NCBI GenBank assembly: GCA_016861265.1
Contig: BOLA01000001.1
Coordinates: 934,150 to 998,149 of the forward strand
Length of the DNA: 64,000 nucleotides
Reading direction: 5' to 3'
Source of the DNA: Patescibacteria group bacterium
GTDB lineage: Bacteria; Patescibacteriota; Dojkabacteria; J137
The notes beneath the pieces were generated by a model. That model was not told where the DNA came from. It made no database searches and saw only the letters and a program-made list of their open reading frames with translations. The position numbers and the translations under genes are program-made. Below, in pieces: positions 10,422-19,508 of the stretch (position 1 is its first letter; every line of letters starts with the position of its first letter).

Positions 10422-10712
10422 ATGAAGAAATTGCTAAGTGTTTTAACACTAACAGTTATAGCATTTTCAAGTGTTAGTCCTTTAGTATTAAAGGCTGATG
10501 CTGGTGCACAATCTTGTGTTCCTGGAACTGGAGTTAACGGAGTGGCTTGTACACCTTGTTACCCTGGACCTTATAACATTTGTGCACCTCATACCGGAAT
10601 CATTTTCAATGATTCAAATATTAACGAAGGAGCTGTATTTTTAAGTGCAGCAGCAGTAGTTGCTGGAGCAGCATTCGTTATTAACGGTAAGAATTTGAAG
10701 AAGAATGCTTAA
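10422..10712 (+). CDS. Small Cys-rich secreted protein with sortase-like sorting signal (APHTG, TM, basic tail)
   Basis: Signal peptide, 4 Cys within about 25 aa, APHTG, hydrophobic stretch, KNLKKNA; adjacent to the sortase. Confidence 0.75.
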   Translation: MKKLLSVLTLTVIAFSSVSPLVLKADAGAQSCVPGTGVNGVACTPCYPGPYNICAPHTGIIFNDSNINEGAVFLSAAAVVAGAAFVINGKNLKKNA

Positions 10713-10805
10713 TTGATTTAGTCCCCTGTTTCCCTGAATTGTTACTATAAATAAAAACATTCAGGGATCAGGAATTTTGAAGAGGTTTTTTGACACTGGA
10801 AAATG

Positions 10806-10834
10806 TTGACAATATAACGAAAGAGGTATATACT
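10806..10834 (+). promoter_or_regulatory. Near-consensus sigma70 promoter
   Basis: TTGACA-17 nt-TATACT. Confidence 0.85.
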
Positions 10835-10840
10835 GGATAT

Positions 10841-11125
10841 ATATTAATATTGATTGAGTGGGCTAACCCATTAATGAGTATTAATATACTCGATCTTTGA
10901 CAACTGTATTTTACAGTTGTAGAAAATTCTTAATTAATTGTATGGCGCAAGTCTGCAATCTTTAGGAAGATTCTCTCAACTATTGCTTTAATAGTCCAAG
11001 TACTCGCTATGGGTAAATAGTTAATAAGGTTAGCTGTTTACCCGTAGTGGAGTACATCCTTAAGGGTACTCGACGCGGTAGGGCATTTGCCCGACAAATC
11101 TAGTTCGACTCTATGGAGGACAGTC
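10841..11125 (+). promoter_or_regulatory. Long structured 5' leader with boxA-like element
   Basis: GATCTTTGACAA at 10892-10903; several hairpins including a ~25-bp stem at 11000-11055; GGAGG at 11115-11119. Confidence 0.6.
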
Positions 11126-12220
11126 ATGTTCAACAACAATCGTACGGCTCGTATCGTGATGCTGCTGGTTCTCGTAATCGGCAGTGTCTTCACCAGTGTG
11201 ATGAGCGTCTTCGCGCAGGATGTTGCTCCGGTTTACCCGGTCAACGACCCCGCGAAGTGCGACTTCACGTTCGCGTACAACGGCAGCGGCGGCTGGAATG
11301 TCCAGCGCTACCTTCAGGACAACGGCGATGGCATCGTTCTCGTTACGACGCAAGAAGGTTGGGGGGAAGTGACTTCGGACACTCCCTTCACCGTCTTCGT
11401 CGGCACGTGGGAAGACGCTTCGCAGTCTGTCGTGAATCAGGGCGCAGGCGTTCTCGCAGTGGCTGAAGAGAACCGTTTCGCGTATCGCTTCGGCGAGGAT
11501 GCCAAGCTGGCAGTCGGTCAGGCGCTCGTTATGGTGGCAAACTGCACGCAAGGCGTGGCAGTCGATGCCCCGGCAGCGTTCCCGCCCAACGACGCGGTTT
11601 GCGATCCCACGTTCTGGCGCGAAGGTTCGGACAATCTCGGACGCAAGTTCGTTGACGGCTCTCGCTTGCTGCATTTCGCGGCGGGCGAAGTTGACGACGC
11701 GGCTGTTGGTTCGAACGTCCCGTTCCTCGTATTTCGCGGCATGATCGATGGCACGGGCAACCTCGGCTCTCCGGTTCTGGAATACAGCTACTCCCCCGAC
11801 GGCACGACCTTCAAGTACGTGATCTCGGCGGCGAATAAGCTGGCGCAGAACGAAGGACTGATGGTCGTCTGGCCCTGCCTCAGCGGCGCTGAACACGACG
11901 GGTTTATGACCCACATCACCACCGTCCCGAATGTGGACTGGTGCGGCGCTCACGTAATGGCGGCGGGTTCGACTGAAACCGTCCCTGCCAACTGCGTGGT
12001 CTCCGGCGATGTCAAGGTCAACGGCACGGCGCTGTACGACAACGTGGAAGACACGGGGTTGGTGGTTGCCATTGGTAGCAACCCGGTTGAAATCTACGCT
12101 GAGTGGGGCGCGAGCATTTGGCCCGCGGGCACTGTCCCGCAGACCGCCCACGATGCGTTGGTTCTGACCGGCTGCGCCGATGCGCTCGGTTGCCGCGTTG
12201 TTACGGTGAGTAACCAGTAG
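11126..12220 (+). CDS. High-GC secreted hypothetical protein with two copies of a Cys-bracketed domain
   Basis: GGAGG SD then ATG 11126; signal peptide ending AQD; repeats PxND..CD.TF...PF.VF.G...KLA...L..V..C; ~60% GC in sampled lines. Confidence 0.85.
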   Translation: MFNNNRTARIVMLLVLVIGSVFTSVMSVFAQDVAPVYPVNDPAKCDFTFAYNGSGGWNVQRYLQDNGDGIVLVTTQEGWGEVTSDTPFTVFVGTWEDASQSVVNQGAGVLAVAEENRFAYRFGEDAKLAVGQALVMVANCTQGVAVDAPAAFPPNDAVCDPTFWREGSDNLGRKFVDGSRLLHFAAGEVDDAAVGSNVPFLVFRGMIDGTGNLGSPVLEYSYSPDGTTFKYVISAANKLAQNEGLMVVWPCLSGAEHDGFMTHITTVPNVDWCGAHVMAAGSTETVPANCVVSGDVKVNGTALYDNVEDTGLVVAIGSNPVEIYAEWGASIWPAGTVPQTAHDALVLTGCADALGCRVVTVSNQ

Positions 12221-12264
12221 CAGCGATCCGAACCTGACCAAAGCAATAGGCGAGAAAAGAGTAA

Positions 12265-12289
12265 TCCGGACACCCTTGTGGTGTCCGGA
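12265..12289. repeat. Palindrome after the high-GC gene
   Basis: TCCGGACACC-CTTGT-GGTGTCCGGA. Confidence 0.75.
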
Positions 12290-12350
12290 CTCGCTTTAAG
12301 TAGATTTCTAAAAGTCTTTTTAAAGTGAGTTAAATTATTTAAAAAACACT

Positions 12351-12626
12351 ATGGAAACTATCAAGATAAGTCTTAGCGAAACAGGTCTAAGAGTAATTGC
12401 TATAGTAGCTGTTTGTGCATCCATAATAGCTTCCACAGTGCTTTTTGTTAATTCAAGAAGTGCTGATAGAAAAGCGGAAATTATTGCAGATTGTTTTAAT
12501 GTAGCTTCGTATAGAGCAACAAACTCTGAGAATAAATCAGAAGTTAATGAACCTGTACTAAGATTCTTTAAAACATGTATGGATATAAATGGTTACGGAA
12601 GTAACTACACATTCTTAAATGAATAA
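12351..12626 (+). CDS. Small membrane-anchored hypothetical protein
   Basis: N-terminal TM, two Cys in the soluble part; followed by terminator CCCCGCT-CC-AGCGGGG plus T-run at 12651-12672. Confidence 0.7.
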   Translation: METIKISLSETGLRVIAIVAVCASIIASTVLFVNSRSADRKAEIIADCFNVASYRATNSENKSEVNEPVLRFFKTCMDINGYGSNYTFLNE

Positions 12627-12731
12627 GAGTTGATTTTTGATCAAAGGTTACCCCGCTCCAGCGGGGTTTTTTAATAACTTCAGGTAAGTAGTAAATTTAC
12701 CTGAGCTTATTAGTCTTTGAAAGGACTCATC

Positions 12732-12830
12732 ATGAAAAAGCTCGAGAATGTAATGAGAACCTTGGCAATTGTCAGTTTGGCAGTTGTTTCTGCTGCCATT
12801 GGCATTCTATGGGTGATTGTTACACACTAA
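12732..12830 (+). CDS. 32-aa hydrophobic peptide (not in the ORF track)
   Basis: AAGGA SD, then MKKLENVMRTLAIVSLAVVSAAIGILWVIVTH*, immediately followed by a 15-bp palindrome. Confidence 0.65.
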   Translation: MKKLENVMRTLAIVSLAVVSAAIGILWVIVTH

Positions 12831-12832
12831 AC

Positions 12833-12867
12833 TTTAGGGCGGAAGCATCTTCTGCTTCCGCCCTAAA
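12833..12867. repeat. 15-bp perfect palindrome
   Basis: TTTAGGGCGGAAGCA-TCTTC-TGCTTCCGCCCTAAA. Confidence 0.85.
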
Positions 12868-12876
12868 AACGCTAGA

Positions 12877-15800
12877 ATGTTAAAGATGAAAAAGAAATCA
12901 CCTTTATTCAAATTGATAAATCCTATTTGGAGTCGTAAATTTATAATTATCCTCTTTGTTCTATGGATTCTTATTTGCATAGCAAATTTTAGCCCGGACA
13001 CATTTTTAACCGGCTGGGATAATCTTCACCCTGAGTTTAACTACTCAATGAATTTAAAGAGGCTACTAACAAGTTCCTGGGCTGAGTATCAAGGTCTAGG
13101 CGCACCCGGTGCCCACTCACATGCTGCAGAAATTCCTAGAATGTTTATAGTGGGTATTTTGAACTTAATTTTTGAAACTAATCTAGTTAGGTACATTTTT
13201 ACCTTTATAACTCTGATTATTGGAGTAATAGGTATTTATTATCTGGTCAACAATATCTTCTTAAAAAGAAAAGAAAAGAAATTAAGAGAGTTTTCGGCAT
13301 TTGCAGCAGCACTTTTTTACATGCTTAATGTGGGTACTGTTCAGCACTTTCAAGCACCCTTTGAAATGTTCAATGTTCAATATGCATTACTGCCCTGGCT
13401 TATAGTACTTGCAATTAAATTTCTAGAGACAAAAAAATACAAATATTTACTATATTTTTCTGTAGTGACTTTTTTTGCTGCACCAATGGCTTATGCAGTT
13501 ATGCTATGGATTGCCTATTTTGGAGGTCTCACAATATTCTTGCTTCTAAACCTTGTATTTCAACGAAAAAAGGATTTAATAAAACCAAGTATTTTTCTTT
13601 TATCCGTCACTATTCTAGTAAATCTATTCTGGTTAGTACCAAACTTATATTTTGTATTCAATCATAGCAATTACGTACCAACTGCAAAAACGAATCTTAT
13701 TTTTTCAGAAGAAGCGTTTTTAACGAATCAGAAATATGGAAACCTGGTAGATATTTTCTTGAACAAGGGGTTCTTGTTTGACTGGCAAATTAGAAATCCA
13801 AATTACACTTTTGAACCTATTATGGGTAAATGGGATAGTCACATTGATAATCCGATTGTATTATCAATAGCCTTACTAAGCTTTGCACTTATTGTTGTGG
13901 GCATACTCTACTCAATTTATAGAAAACAGAAGTATTTAATTCCATTGATTGGTGTACTTGTATTTGCAGTTATCGTGATTATGGGTACTAATCCACCATT
14001 AGGAGGGGTTTGGGAAGTGTTAGTTGCTAAGATATCGGTGCTGCAAGAAGCAATTAGGTTCCCATTTACCAAATTCTCTATTTTATTTATATTTACTCAA
14101 ACGGCCTTTCTAGGCTTGGGTACCTATTCTGCAGCAAGATTAATTACAAAGAGAATTCACTTTCAATATGGTTCAATTTTTGCATTGCTATTTTTACTTC
14201 TAATATCTGTAGTCTATTCTCTTCCTACATTCCAAGGTAACTTTATTAATAAATCCCTTAGAATTGATATACCAAACGATTATTTTGAATTATTTGATTA
14301 TTTTAAAGATCAGAATAAGGCAGAAAGAATTGCTAACTTTCCTGTAAATACTCTTTTCGGGTGGTTTTATACCGATTGGGGGTATCAAGGATCGGGGTTT
14401 CTTTGGTATGGAATAGAACAGCCAATCTTAGATAGAGATTTTGATAGATGGTACACAACATTAGAAGATTATTACGACAGCGTAAGTCAAGCTGTATATA
14501 CAAACGATGCAAATTCATTAAAAGATGTTCTTAAAAAGTATGCAATTGATTGGATAATAATTGATGAACATGTTGTATCTTCCAGCGAAGATAACAACTA
14601 TTCTTTAAATCCTGATCTCGCATCGTCAGAAATGGCCTATAAGGAAACAAAGGCTTTGCTTGAAAAAATTCCTGGAGTCGAGCAAAAAGCGGTGTTTGGA
14701 AAAATTTATGTCTATAAAATATCGGGCCTTGATACAGATAATTCTTATGTAGATGTTCTAAATAACGATGCAGAAGGTCAGCCAATAGAAAGTAAGAATG
14801 CTTTTATCGAGGATAATTTTGGAAGAAAAAGTGAGGAAACCTACTTTGAGAAAATCTCAAACGATAATGTTAATTATATAAATAATGTATATACGCTTAG
14901 CAACGAACCAGGTAACTTACATCTTCCTCAAATTTATGATTCCGAGAAGAGTATTCCAGTAAGAATTGCAGCTCGAAAGAACAGCTCTTCCGTTAATATT
15001 AGACTAACCTATCAGATTCCTACAATATACGTAAATGACCAAAGCACTGTAAATGTAACAAAAGTAAGAAACCTTAATTTCGATATTGCAAATCAGTCTT
15101 CCAATTATTACCTAGATATTAATAATCAACAGTTACTCCTTGAGGATATAGATAATGCGTGGAAGATATACGGTTTTATGGATGTAGCATTAGATAAGGA
15201 TTTAGTAGCAAACTTATATAATATTGATGATGGAGAAAACATTACATCAAGACTAGATCTGGAAAAAGCACAAATTAATAATTGTTCTGGTTCTGCCATA
15301 GCTAAAAGCTCTTCAGTTTCTTTTGTTAATGATGTTCTTAACTTTAGAAGCACTGGTGAAAACATTTGTGTCGAATTTAAAATTAGCACCTTGAATACTG
15401 TTAATAGTTTGTATCGACTTGAGATGGAATATAAAAGTAATCAGGGAGTTATCGGGGACGCATGCATAAAATTTGACGCAGGTTGTGTTAATACAAAAGA
15501 ATTTAGGAGCGATTATCTGCCTACTTTCTGGTATAAATTTAATACTTTTGCAAAAGATGAAGACTCCAATAATTTTAGTACTGCGTTAGTATTCAATAAC
15601 TCATCTCCAGAAAATACTGCATCCATAGGTTATAGAAACGTAAAATTATATAGGTACGAATTGGATGATCAGGTGGTAATAAAGCTAGAAGATATCAAGA
15701 ACGATCTACGTTTTGCTAATACCGATATACCTATAAAACCGATAAATACCAAACTTACCTTCAAATTTATTCTACCGACTAGTAAAATTTATAATTTTGA

Positions 15801-16734
15801 TTACACTGCTCTTCAGCAAATTTTATCTTTAACGGCAAAGGATTGTAAACCATACGTAGATTCAATAGAGCTTGATAGAAGTCTTGATTCTGTAAATAGA
15901 CAAATTGATTTTAAATCTATAGATGGATTTAACTGTGATAATCTAAATTTGTACAATATTAATCTAAAGAATGGTTTCTTAATTAATATTGAAGGGGAAA
16001 ACAAGTCAGGTCCAGGATTAGTGTTAAATGTAAGCGACTTTTACTATAAGAAGGTATATTACACGAATAGACTTCCTCAGAATTCTAATTTTAGCGAATA
16101 TTTAACTATCCCTAATTTAATTGATTCCGCTTCTAATGGTTTGAATATTTTTATTAATAATCAATCAGTTGGTAACAAAGAAACTATAAACTCCATTAAG
16201 AATATAACTGTAAGCCCAATAATTTATAGTTGGCTTTCAGGCATAGAATATCAGTCTGCTCCCCTATTTAGCTCAGATAATAGCGTGATTAGTGTAGATA
16301 AACTTACTACGACAAATTACAAAATTGAGTTGAATCCATCAAGTTCTGATAGAATACTTAAATTCAATCAGAGCTACGAAGCTAACTGGCTAGCCTACGA
16401 CGATAAAGGTAATCTGCTTAATCGGCTAGGAACAGTAAATAGTAATACAGAAAAAGCGGAATGGAACAACTATTGGATTCTTCCGGCTGGAGTGTCGGGA
16501 GTCTTTATTGAATATAGAACTGAGACTTACCAATATTTAGCGTACGTGATAGTCGCATTCTTATTTGTGGTTCTTACCGTTGCATCTGCATGGCAAAGTA
16601 ATAGGTATATTATTTTTGTTACCCAAATTAAAAAAGCATACAAGAAACAAAGAAGAAAACACATGCTTTTTGTCGAAAGAAATATTGAGCCGAAACTAGA
16701 CCGATTCAAGAAGTTTAATAAGAAAGATCTCTAA
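12877..16734 (+). CDS. Large membrane protein with an N-terminal GT-C-like polytopic domain and a large extracytoplasmic region
   Basis: GWDNLHPE luminal motif, about 12 TMs, RFPFTKF, beta-rich Cys-containing C-terminal region, C-terminal TM. Confidence 0.7.
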   Translation: MLKMKKKSPLFKLINPIWSRKFIIILFVLWILICIANFSPDTFLTGWDNLHPEFNYSMNLKRLLTSSWAEYQGLGAPGAHSHAAEIPRMFIVGILNLIFETNLVRYIFTFITLIIGVIGIYYLVNNIFLKRKEKKLREFSAFAAALFYMLNVGTVQHFQAPFEMFNVQYALLPWLIVLAIKFLETKKYKYLLYFSVVTFFAAPMAYAVMLWIAYFGGLTIFLLLNLVFQRKKDLIKPSIFLLSVTILVNLFWLVPNLYFVFNHSNYVPTAKTNLIFSEEAFLTNQKYGNLVDIFLNKGFLFDWQIRNPNYTFEPIMGKWDSHIDNPIVLSIALLSFALIVVGILYSIYRKQKYLIPLIGVLVFAVIVIMGTNPPLGGVWEVLVAKISVLQEAIRFPFTKFSILFIFTQTAFLGLGTYSAARLITKRIHFQYGSIFALLFLLLISVVYSLPTFQGNFINKSLRIDIPNDYFELFDYFKDQNKAERIANFPVNTLFGWFYTDWGYQGSGFLWYGIEQPILDRDFDRWYTTLEDYYDSVSQAVYTNDANSLKDVLKKYAIDWIIIDEHVVSSSEDNNYSLNPDLASSEMAYKETKALLEKIPGVEQKAVFGKIYVYKISGLDTDNSYVDVLNNDAEGQPIESKNAFIEDNFGRKSEETYFEKISNDNVNYINNVYTLSNEPGNLHLPQIYDSEKSIPVRIAARKNSSSVNIRLTYQIPTIYVNDQSTVNVTKVRNLNFDIANQSSNYYLDINNQQLLLEDIDNAWKIYGFMDVALDKDLVANLYNIDDGENITSRLDLEKAQINNCSGSAIAKSSSVSFVNDVLNFRSTGENICVEFKISTLNTVNSLYRLEMEYKSNQGVIGDACIKFDAGCVNTKEFRSDYLPTFWYKFNTFAKDEDSNNFSTALVFNNSSPENTASIGYRNVKLYRYELDDQVVIKLEDIKNDLRFANTDIPIKPINTKLTFKFILPTSKIYNFDYTALQQILSLTAKDCKPYVDSIELDRSLDSVNRQIDFKSIDGFNCDNLNLYNINLKNGFLINIEGENKSGPGLVLNVSDFYYKKVYYTNRLPQNSNFSEYLTIPNLIDSASNGLNIFINNQSVGNKETINSIKNITVSPIIYSWLSGIEYQSAPLFSSDNSVISVDKLTTTNYKIELNPSSSDRILKFNQSYEANWLAYDDKGNLLNRLGTVNSNTEKAEWNNYWILPAGVSGVFIEYRTETYQYLAYVIVAFLFVVLTVASAWQSNRYIIFVTQIKKAYKKQRRKHMLFVERNIEPKLDRFKKFNKKDL

Positions 16735-16804
16735 ATTCTGCATTGCAAGTTCTATATATTAGATATATAATTGGTTCGGCCATTAATACTTGAGGAGGTG
16801 TTAA

Positions 16805-17011
16805 ATGGGAGCTAGTAGAAATACCAGAGAAATCGACTGGAACAAGGTCTGCCTAAAGATAGTGCGTGGCCAAATTATTAATGAGCGCAAAAGAAAAATG
16901 GTTCATTTGGCCGCATTCTTAGGTGGAATTGCTCTTGCTGCGATTATCGGTTTTCTGGCAACTGAGGGTATGAACTTTTTAAGAAATATCCTCGGTTTCA
17001 AGGGTTTTTAA
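16805..17011 (+). CDS. Small membrane orphan protein
   Basis: TTGCAA-17-TATAAT promoter (16743-16771), GAGGAGGT SD, one TM, palindrome at 17017-17049. Confidence 0.75.
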   Translation: MGASRNTREIDWNKVCLKIVRGQIINERKRKMVHLAAFLGGIALAAIIGFLATEGMNFLRNILGFKGF

Positions 17012-17152
17012 CCCAAAATAGGGGATGGCAAATTTTTCCATCCCCTATTGCATTTCTATTGAGAATTAAATAAAAAAAATGTATAATTCAACGCTAGAAA
17101 TCGTTAAGTGCATTAAGGGAAAGGTAGATTAACGATGATGGTAGAAAGTGTC

Positions 17153-17224
17153 GGCCCTATCGTCTAACGGTTAGGACATCAGATTTTCAATCTGGTAATC
17201 GGAGTTCGATTCTCCGTGGGGTCA
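17153..17224 (+). tRNA. tRNA-Glu (TTC)
   Basis: Cloverleaf; anticodon arm TCAGA-TTTTCAA-TCTGG; GTTCGATTC T-loop; CCA not encoded. Confidence 0.95.
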
Positions 17225-17226
17225 TT

Positions 17227-17257
17227 AAAAGGGCATCTCGAAAGAGGTGCCTTTTTT
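17227..17257 (+). terminator. Rho-independent terminator
   Basis: AAAAGGGCATCTC-GAAA-GAGGTGCCTTTTTTT. Confidence 0.85.
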
Positions 17258-17323
17258 ATGATTATTTGCGAATTTACTATTTTGTTCATATAATACAGCA
17301 ACTTATTTTCTAAGACTAAATAT

Positions 17324-18076
17324 ATGGCAATTGAAGAAGCAGATAGACTTTTAGAGCACTATCAAAGAGCCTTCGTTGAGCTGGATCCACTTACTTACTT
17401 GGTACAACCAGCAACCTCGACTGGAATAGAAAATGCATTTCAAATTATAGAACACCCCGAAATTGATCCCAATAAGCCCACTGTTTTTATTGTAATCGGA
17501 CCATCGGGTGCGGGTAAGGACACTCTTGTGGATTACTTGGTAGAAAATGGTATGGTTCAGAAACTTACCACTGCAACGTCTAGACCAAGAAGAGTTGCAG
17601 AAAATGAACCAGAGGATTCATATGTATGGATGAGGCAAAGAGGTGATAACGAAACAGAAGATGAATATATTCAAAGTCTTATATCAGAACATGAATTGGT
17701 TGAATATGATGTTCATAATGGAAGATTATATGGTCTGCCTCGAAGCAGTATTAAAACAGATGGTAACATTCCAGCAGTAATTAGAACAGAAAACCAAGGT
17801 CTAAAGACAATAAAAAAGGAGCTAGGAGATGACTTTAATGTTATTTCAATTTTTGTAGTACCCGATTCTTTTACGACACTTGTTAATAGAATTAAAGATA
17901 GAGAAAATCTTAGATTGAGAGTTGTTAAAGCAATTAAAGAAGTTGAGGAAGCAAAAAATATTGCAAATTATGTAATTCTTAATCCAGACGAAGTAAATCA
18001 AGGGACTGCAGCAACAGCCAAGGACGCAATTAGTAGGCTAATTAGTAGAATTCTAAAGAGAGACATAGAAGCCTAA
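17324..18076 (+). CDS. gmk: Guanylate kinase family protein
   Basis: GPSGAGKDT P-loop, TATSRPRR..E....Y, E...HNGRLYG. Confidence 0.75.
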   Translation: MAIEEADRLLEHYQRAFVELDPLTYLVQPATSTGIENAFQIIEHPEIDPNKPTVFIVIGPSGAGKDTLVDYLVENGMVQKLTTATSRPRRVAENEPEDSYVWMRQRGDNETEDEYIQSLISEHELVEYDVHNGRLYGLPRSSIKTDGNIPAVIRTENQGLKTIKKELGDDFNVISIFVVPDSFTTLVNRIKDRENLRLRVVKAIKEVEEAKNIANYVILNPDEVNQGTAATAKDAISRLISRILKRDIEA

Positions 18077-18132
18077 AGAAACACCCTACGTACATGCAGG
18101 GTGTTTCTGATTAAAGCAGTGTTATTTACTTA

Positions 18133-18420
18133 CTAGTTTCTCTGATCCGAACTTCTTCCTCTCTGATTACTTTCACTATCTCTTCCACCTCTGTCGGAAG
18201 AAGATCTTTCCGATCTTTCAGAGTTTGAAGAATGGTTCTCCGACCCGCTTCTTTGATTAGAGTCGGATTCTCTATCTCTAGAAGATGCTGCACTTCGGCT
18301 TGAGCCTTCGTTTGAATCGCTTTCGCTTCCATGTGCTTTCCCACCCGCTGACTGAATCTTTCGCTTGGTTTTTTCATCCATATTAGGGGAACCTAACCCT
18401 CTTTTGCTTGTATCTGACAT
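18133..18420 (-). CDS. KGG-repeat general stress protein (YciG/GsiB-like hydrophilin)
   Basis: SKRGLGSPNMDEKTKRKIQSAGGKA matches the KGG motif; low-complexity S/R/E tail. Confidence 0.8.
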   Translation of the reverse strand: MSDTSKRGLGSPNMDEKTKRKIQSAGGKAHGSESDSNEGSSRSAASSRDRESDSNQRSGSENHSSNSERSERSSSDRGGRDSESNQRGRSSDQRN

Positions 18421-18573
18421 ATTTTGTAAGATAACAAATAATATTATTAATATAATAATCCAGGTAAATAAATTTGTTATTTAGTAATGGTAAATTATCG
18501 GTAAACTAAAATGCTTGCTAGACAATAAAAAAGCCGAAGTTGCCTTCGGCTTTAAGTTCAACAATATGTCCTT

Positions 18574-18924
18574 TTACTTATTATTAGATTCTTTTTCTAC
18601 CTCATCTATTTTCTTTTTTACTTCATTTTTTTTCGCATCTACTTTATCGTTAACTTCATTTCTAATATCTTCTGCTCTATCCATTATATTATTTGTAGTC
18701 TTTTCTATATTCTCAACAATATTGTCTTTTGCCTGCTCTACGTTTTCCTTTAACTCCATTCCTTTGGAATTTAAATCTCCGGCGGCTTGATCAATTCTCT
18801 GTTTTATTTCCTTTCGAGTCTCTTCTCCTTTTTTAGGAGCAAATAACACACCTAAGATTCCTCCAATAACAATACCCTGAAGTAATGCCATAAAACCGGT
18901 GTTGCTGTTTGTTCTGTTTTCCAT
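18574..18924 (-). CDS. YtxH-domain protein
   Basis: GIVIGGILGVLFAPKKGEETRKEI motif plus coiled coil. Confidence 0.9.
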   Translation of the reverse strand: MENRTNSNTGFMALLQGIVIGGILGVLFAPKKGEETRKEIKQRIDQAAGDLNSKGMELKENVEQAKDNIVENIEKTTNNIMDRAEDIRNEVNDKVDAKKNEVKKKIDEVEKESNNK

Positions 18925-18946
18925 TTATAAATATTAATAAATAAAA

Positions 18947-19246
18947 TTATAAAAATTTTTTAATAACGCCAAAAACTTGTTTTCTTGCACTATTAATCAA
19001 GTAAATATTAATAGTTTTTTCCAGTATGTCCTTAAAACTAGCAATAAAGTTCTCTACAGTTACTTCCTGTTTAATATGCTCGCTTGTAGACTGAATGTTT
19101 AGGCTTACCTCATCGGCTTTTTGTTTAATATGCCTAAACATTCTTAATAGACTATATAAACCAAACATAACTCCTAGAGAAATAATTATAAAAAGAATCT
19201 TAACCACAATACCTAGTATTAAATCAATATTCTGAAGCTGTTCCAT
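18947..19246 (-). CDS. Small membrane protein (DUF948/YoxC-like)
   Basis: One TM plus coiled coil, adjacent to YtxH as commonly seen. Confidence 0.55.
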   Translation of the reverse strand: MEQLQNIDLILGIVVKILFIIISLGVMFGLYSLLRMFRHIKQKADEVSLNIQSTSEHIKQEVTVENFIASFKDILEKTINIYLINSARKQVFGVIKKFL

Positions 19247-19254
19247 ATAATTAT

Positions 19255-19458
19255 TTAATAATTTAACTTTTTAGGAAAAGTATTTTTCCATTTCTTAATT
19301 TTCATTTTTAGCAACTCCCAACCTTCGATCTTTTTTTTAGTTTCAGTTTGATTGTTGTACTTATTTTCTTTTTTTTTAATTTCCAAAGATATGCCTTTGA
19401 ATGGTTTATTAGTCTGTCTAATAGATTTTCTAGGTTTATCCTTTCTTCTATATGACAT
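19255..19458 (-). CDS. Small basic hypothetical protein
   Basis: 67-aa Lys-rich ORF co-oriented within the cluster. Confidence 0.45.
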   Translation of the reverse strand: MSYRRKDKPRKSIRQTNKPFKGISLEIKKKENKYNNQTETKKKIEGWELLKMKIKKWKNTFPKKLNY

Positions 19459-19508
19459 ACACGACTAATAACTAGTATGGATATTAGCGGTATTAAATAA
19501 AAGTTTTA

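Noticed and set aside
11111-12241. 376-aa antisense ORF fully overlapping the high-GC gene
   Set aside because: Expected shadow of a GC-rich, NNC-biased gene. The + strand has the promoter, SD, signal peptide and a paralog.
18126-18377. 83-aa alternative-frame ORF overlapping the KGG protein
   Set aside because: The 18133-18420 frame carries the recognisable KGG motif. The other frame has no motif, although dual coding is not strictly excluded.
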